DNA of 21,598 nt. It comes from Octopus sinensis (Eukaryota). A model generated the notes under the pieces. That model searched no databases, had not been told where the DNA came from, and saw nothing but the letters and a program-made list of their open reading frames with translations. The DNA is taken from NCBI RefSeq assembly GCF_006345805.1, contig NW_021824151.1, positions 1-21,598 on the forward strand. The letters are read 5' to 3'. Positions within the stretch are counted from its first letter, which is position 1; the number at the start of each line of letters is the position of its first letter. Both the position numbers and the translations under genes were made by a program. Below, one piece after another: positions 17,667 through 21,598 of this stretch.

Positions 17667-18290
17667 TATATATATATATATATATGTATGTTTCTGTGTC
17701 TGCAATTATTTCGTGGAGTAGAAAGTGCTAGGTTATTTTTAAACTTTATATGAAGAGCTAACGGTAAGGGAAGTCACTTACTTTATAAAGCCATTAGTAG
17801 GGCAAGAACTTCGCATATGTTTGATGCTAAACTTCGGATTTCACAAATATAGACATGTATTAGGTGTTATTGCTTAAGATATATTTTATGTATATGAGAT
17901 AAAGACATCAACGAATTTCATATATTTGGAGTATGATTTTTGCTTGTTTTGAAAAATGATTAAATGTAAGGGTTATATGAATGTATGAAAATATTAATTA
18001 AATTATATATATGATGTAAAGTATTAATTAGTGGTTTAAAGTGGAGGCTAGATGATATAAGGTGAAGTGTTGAGAGAAAATTAATAGAGTTACGTAAATG
18101 GGAGAGGGGAGTAACTGCGATGCCGTCCTAATTGGAATCGTCGAATTGGGAGAAAGTGGGACAAGTTTAATTAAAGTATGGTATAGACGGAAATGAATTT
18201 GTATTAATTTATTATGTGACTATTTCAATAAATCAGTTAAAATAAGAAACGTGTAAAGTAATTTTGATTTAGCCGGTAATTTTTTTTATA

Positions 18291-18940
18291 CAGTCAAACC
18301 TCAACTCAGGTCGGTTAATAAGTTCTCAAGAGACGCGACAAACTCGACAAACGACGTAACGCGGAAAAAAACATTTAAAACAAATTTACTAGTTTATATC
18401 TGTTTTAATAATTGATTTTTACAAGTTTTCATTTGTATTTTATTTGGTTTTCTGCTCCGATATTGGTTTTTAGTTTTTTTTTTCTTTATATTTTAAAACT
18501 TTTATTCGCAGGTGCGACTTACTTCCCAACCACGTGGTTCCGGGTTCAGTCCCACTGCGTGGCATTTTGGGCTAGTGTTTTCCTCGGGCCGACCAGAGCC
18601 TTCTGAACGGATTTGGTAGATGGAAACTGAAAGAAGTTTGTGTGTGTGTCTTTGAGTTAATGTGTTTACGTCCTCATAACGCAGCGGTTCGACAAAAGAG
18701 ACTGGTAGATTAAGTAATAGGTTTTTCATAAAGAATACTGCGGTGAATTCATTCGTCTAAACGTTCTTCAAGGCGGTGCCCCAGCATGACCGCAATAGCT
18801 GACGCAATCAAATGATGCTTTTAAATATGTTTGCTGAGACCGGCGCAAAATTGACAAAATCGTCTCAAGTTGAGGGGGAAAAAATAATGTTAAGTTGAAA
18901 AAAGACGTAACGTGAAGCAACGTTAGTTGAAGGACGCCTG
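18291..18940. mobile_element. Possible Tigger/pogo-like MITE interrupted by a SINE
   Basis: ta-cagtcaaacctcaact at 18289; weak complementary end agttgaaggacgcctg at ~18925-18940. Confidence 0.3.
18508..18815 (+). mobile_element. SINE family A, diverged
   Basis: cccaaccacgtggttccgggttcagtcccactgcgtggc...ttcaaggcggtgccccagcatgaccgca. Confidence 0.85.
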
Positions 18941-18949
18941 AACTACTTT

Positions 18950-19343
18950 TGGCTGTGTGGTAAGAAGTTTGCTTCTCAGCCACATGGTTCTTGGTTCATT
19001 CCCATTGTGTAGCATCTTGGGCAAGTTTCTTCTATAGTTTCAGGCCAACGAAAGCCTTGTAAGTGGAGGCTTCTTTCAGTTTTCATCTGCCAAATCCTCT
19101 CACAAGGCTTTGGTAAACAGAAACTGAAAGAAGCCTGTCGTATATATACTATGTGCGTTTGTTTTCTGCCATCGCTTGACAACTGGCGTTGGTTTGTTTA
19201 CGTCCCCATAACTTAGCAGTTTGGCAAAAGGGACTGATAAAATAAGTACCAGGCTTTGAAAAATCCTACTAAAAATTCTTCAAGGTAGTACCCCAGCATG
19301 GCCACAGTCTAATGACTGAAACAAATAAAAGATATAAGATAAT
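18950..19343 (+). mobile_element. SINE family A with internal inverted duplication
   Basis: tggctgtgtggtaag...ccagcatggccacagtctaatgactgaaacaaataaaagatataagataa; rearranged at 19051-19135. Confidence 0.88.
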
Positions 19344-19352
19344 TCACTAATA

Positions 19353-19513
19353 GGCGCAGGAGTGGCTGTGTGGTAAGTAGCTTGCTTCCCAACCACATTG
19401 TTCCAGGTTCAGTCCCACCGCATGGCACCTTGGGCAAGTGTCTTCTACTGTAGTCTTGGGCCAACCAAAGCCTTGTGCGTGGATTTTGTAGACAGAAACT
19501 GAAAGAAGCCTGT
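19353..19513 (+). mobile_element. SINE family A, 5' half
   Basis: ggcgcaggagtggc to gaaactgaaagaagcctgt, then unrelated sequence. Confidence 0.9.
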
Positions 19514-19851
19514 TCCTCAAGAGAGACAGAGACAGGCAGAAACAAGGAAAATGCCCCTTGTATTTGAATACTATGCAAATATTCTTTTAAAAAACTTTTC
19601 ATTTAATTTTTCCAAAATTTGATTCTTTTCCGTAACTAGAGTTGAAAAAGTCTCAATGACTGAAACCGGTACTAAAATGTTTTTTATGATGAAATAAGTT
19701 TAGCAATTTCCTACCTTGACTTTTTTCTTTACACATATCAACTCGTGTGTTCCTTTTCAACCTTCTATATATATATATATATATATATAGGTTCATTTGT
19801 AAAAAACATAAATCTGAAAGGAGAAGCACACTCTAAGATGTAGAGCAATTA

Positions 19852-19924
19852 ATATTAAAAATGGGGAAGGCCGGGTTATGGGATTAAGGTAATCCCATAA
19901 ACTGGTCTTCCCCATTTTTAATAT
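19852..19924. repeat. Hairpin with ~35-bp arms and 3-nt loop
   Basis: atattaaaaatggggaaggccgggttatgggatta-agg-taatcccataaactggtcttccccatttttaatat (3 substitutions, all giving G-U or G-A pairs). Confidence 0.9.
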
Positions 19925-20034
19925 ATATATTGATTGTCTGCTAACTCCACAAGTTTCATGGGGATGGATAACAGGCCACCAAATAGCCAATGCTAGTGGC
20001 ATATCCCATTAAGAGTTGAGAATATTCTGCACAA

Positions 20035-20880
20035 TAAACTTGGCATGACGAAGGTTTCTTCTTGGTGGGTGCCATGTCTTCTAACACCTGATCAAAACCC
20101 TACTTGGCTGATCACATCATGGGAGAGTCTGACATTGTTTGAGGCAGATCCAGCTGGTTTCCTTGAACATTTCCGAACCCAGGATGAGTGTTGGGTTTGT
20201 CACTTTGAGCCAGAGACAGAGACGATCCATGCAATGGAAACACCCCTCCTCATCTGTTCCAAAGAAGACCAAGGTCATTTCACCTGCAGGGAAGGTGACG
20301 ACCTCAGTTTTTTGGGGACGCAAAAGGTATTGTGTTTATTGACCATCTTCAAAAGGGCCACACCATCAATGGAGAGTAGTATGTCAACTTACTGAGGCAG
20401 TTATGAAAGGCTGTCAAGACCAAACAGCCTGGGAAACTGACGAAAGGGGTCTTGTTTCATCGGGACAATGCTGCAGCACACACATCCCTTGGTCTGTATG
20501 GCTGTTGCAATTCTTTTTATTTGGCACCTAGGCCATGACACAGAGGGGACAGCACAAGGACAGACAGAACACCACAGTGGGGATAAAAAACATAACACAA
20601 ATTAAAAATGGAAAAATGTACAATGAAATTGATGGTGATGAAACAGCTGCATGCACCCCATTCACATGTGGGACCTACCATTTGAACGTTCTTACTTTCA
20701 GTTTGTAATCTTTTTCTTCTTTCCTTATTTTTTCACGATTAGCATCGTTTTGTTTACTCTCCATGGTTGCTGTGTGTGACTATGGCTTTGAACTGGTTGA
20801 TCACCCTTTCTATTCTGATTTGGCCCCATCAGACTATCATCCGTTCCCCAGCATGAGTGAGATACTTGTGGCTTGAAATC
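20035..20880 (+). mobile_element. Mariner (Tc1/mariner, DD34D-type) transposase pseudogene, frameshifted and split by a ~250-bp insertion
   Basis: LGMTKVSSWWVPCLLT (WVPxxL), TQDECWVCHFEPET, RRSMQWKHP..PKK.KV..AGKV..SVFW, FHRDNAAAH (20461), then after 20761 GFELVDHPFYS-DLAPSDYH (YSPDLAPSDY motif). Confidence 0.92.
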
Positions 20881-21399
20881 TGCAGTGTGGCAACTCAAGT
20901 TCATGTCCTACTACAGGAGATAACAACCGAGTCGGTGTGTTATTAGATATTTTAATAAACAATGAACTAAATAGGAAGTTTACAGTTATTTATGACACTT
21001 TGAACAAACATTTATCAAATTAAAGATTAATCTTAATGCAGAAAGATAAAGTCTCTCAGTTTCTTATTGACTCCTTCTCTCCTACTCTCACTCAATATAA
21101 TGAGTCATATTACTAAGTGCACCATTCAGAACAGTATATAGCAGGGTTCATTGGAAATACACAGATAGTTGAAGCTTAGCAACAAGGTTGTAGAATATAT
21201 TTTCCCCACCCCAAAACACTGCTTTTGCCTCTACTTTTCTCTTGTGCTCCCCTTCATTCTGCCAATGGCACCCCTCCCCCATTACTTATGTTTGTCTCTC
21301 ACTGTTTCCACACCTGTGTACCTCTGACCTCGTCTCTCACACTGTACATTAGGAAAGTCACATGGCCAGGTACATGGGCCTCAGCGACAAAGCTGAAAC

Positions 21400-21598
21400 C
21401 TAATTGACACGGTACTTGCGAAGTTGCTGTTGGTATCTGTCGCAAGAGGTGAACAAAGAAAGGCATAGGGAACTGTGGTCAGACAAAGCATGGTCGGGGA
21501 ATTGAAGGGGTCTGTTACAGAAACCAGTGTTATTCTTGCACATTAAAGTCCATGAAACGGAAATCAACAAAGAAAAATACTGGAGCAGTAGAGACACA
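21400..21598 (+). mobile_element. Possible decayed RTE-type endonuclease fragment
   Basis: Across frames GIGNCGQTKHGRELK...ETSVILAH and EINK..YWSSRD loosely resemble GIGxxNxNGxxLL...N and HKxIHKxTWxSxD; weak. Confidence 0.25.

Overview
Repeat-saturated, AT-rich, non-coding eukaryotic DNA, intronic or intergenic. The SINE and microsatellite content matches what I recall of octopus (Octopus sp.) genomes; that assignment is recollection, not a search result. No intact protein-coding gene can be supported, and most ORFs in the track come from microsatellites or retroposons. Contents: about 12 copies or fragments of one tRNA-derived SINE (family A), about 6 of a second (family B, two with clean TSDs), about 8 RTE-LINE 3' ends or RTE-tailed derivatives, a decayed non-LTR RT, a split mariner transposase relic, DNA-transposon ends and many (TA)n/(GT)n/(AAT)n tracts. 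The most notable signals are: (1) two, possibly three, minimal hammerhead-ribozyme-like motifs of the Penelope-like-element (PLE) type, one downstream of a Pol III tRNA-like head; (2) at least eight fold-back structures, several anchored in (TA)n; (3) a dimeric higher-order minisatellite grown from an RTE 3'UTR; (4) a template-switch-like inversion inside a SINE. All alignments and counts were done by eye, so boundaries are approximate unless a TSD or motif is quoted.
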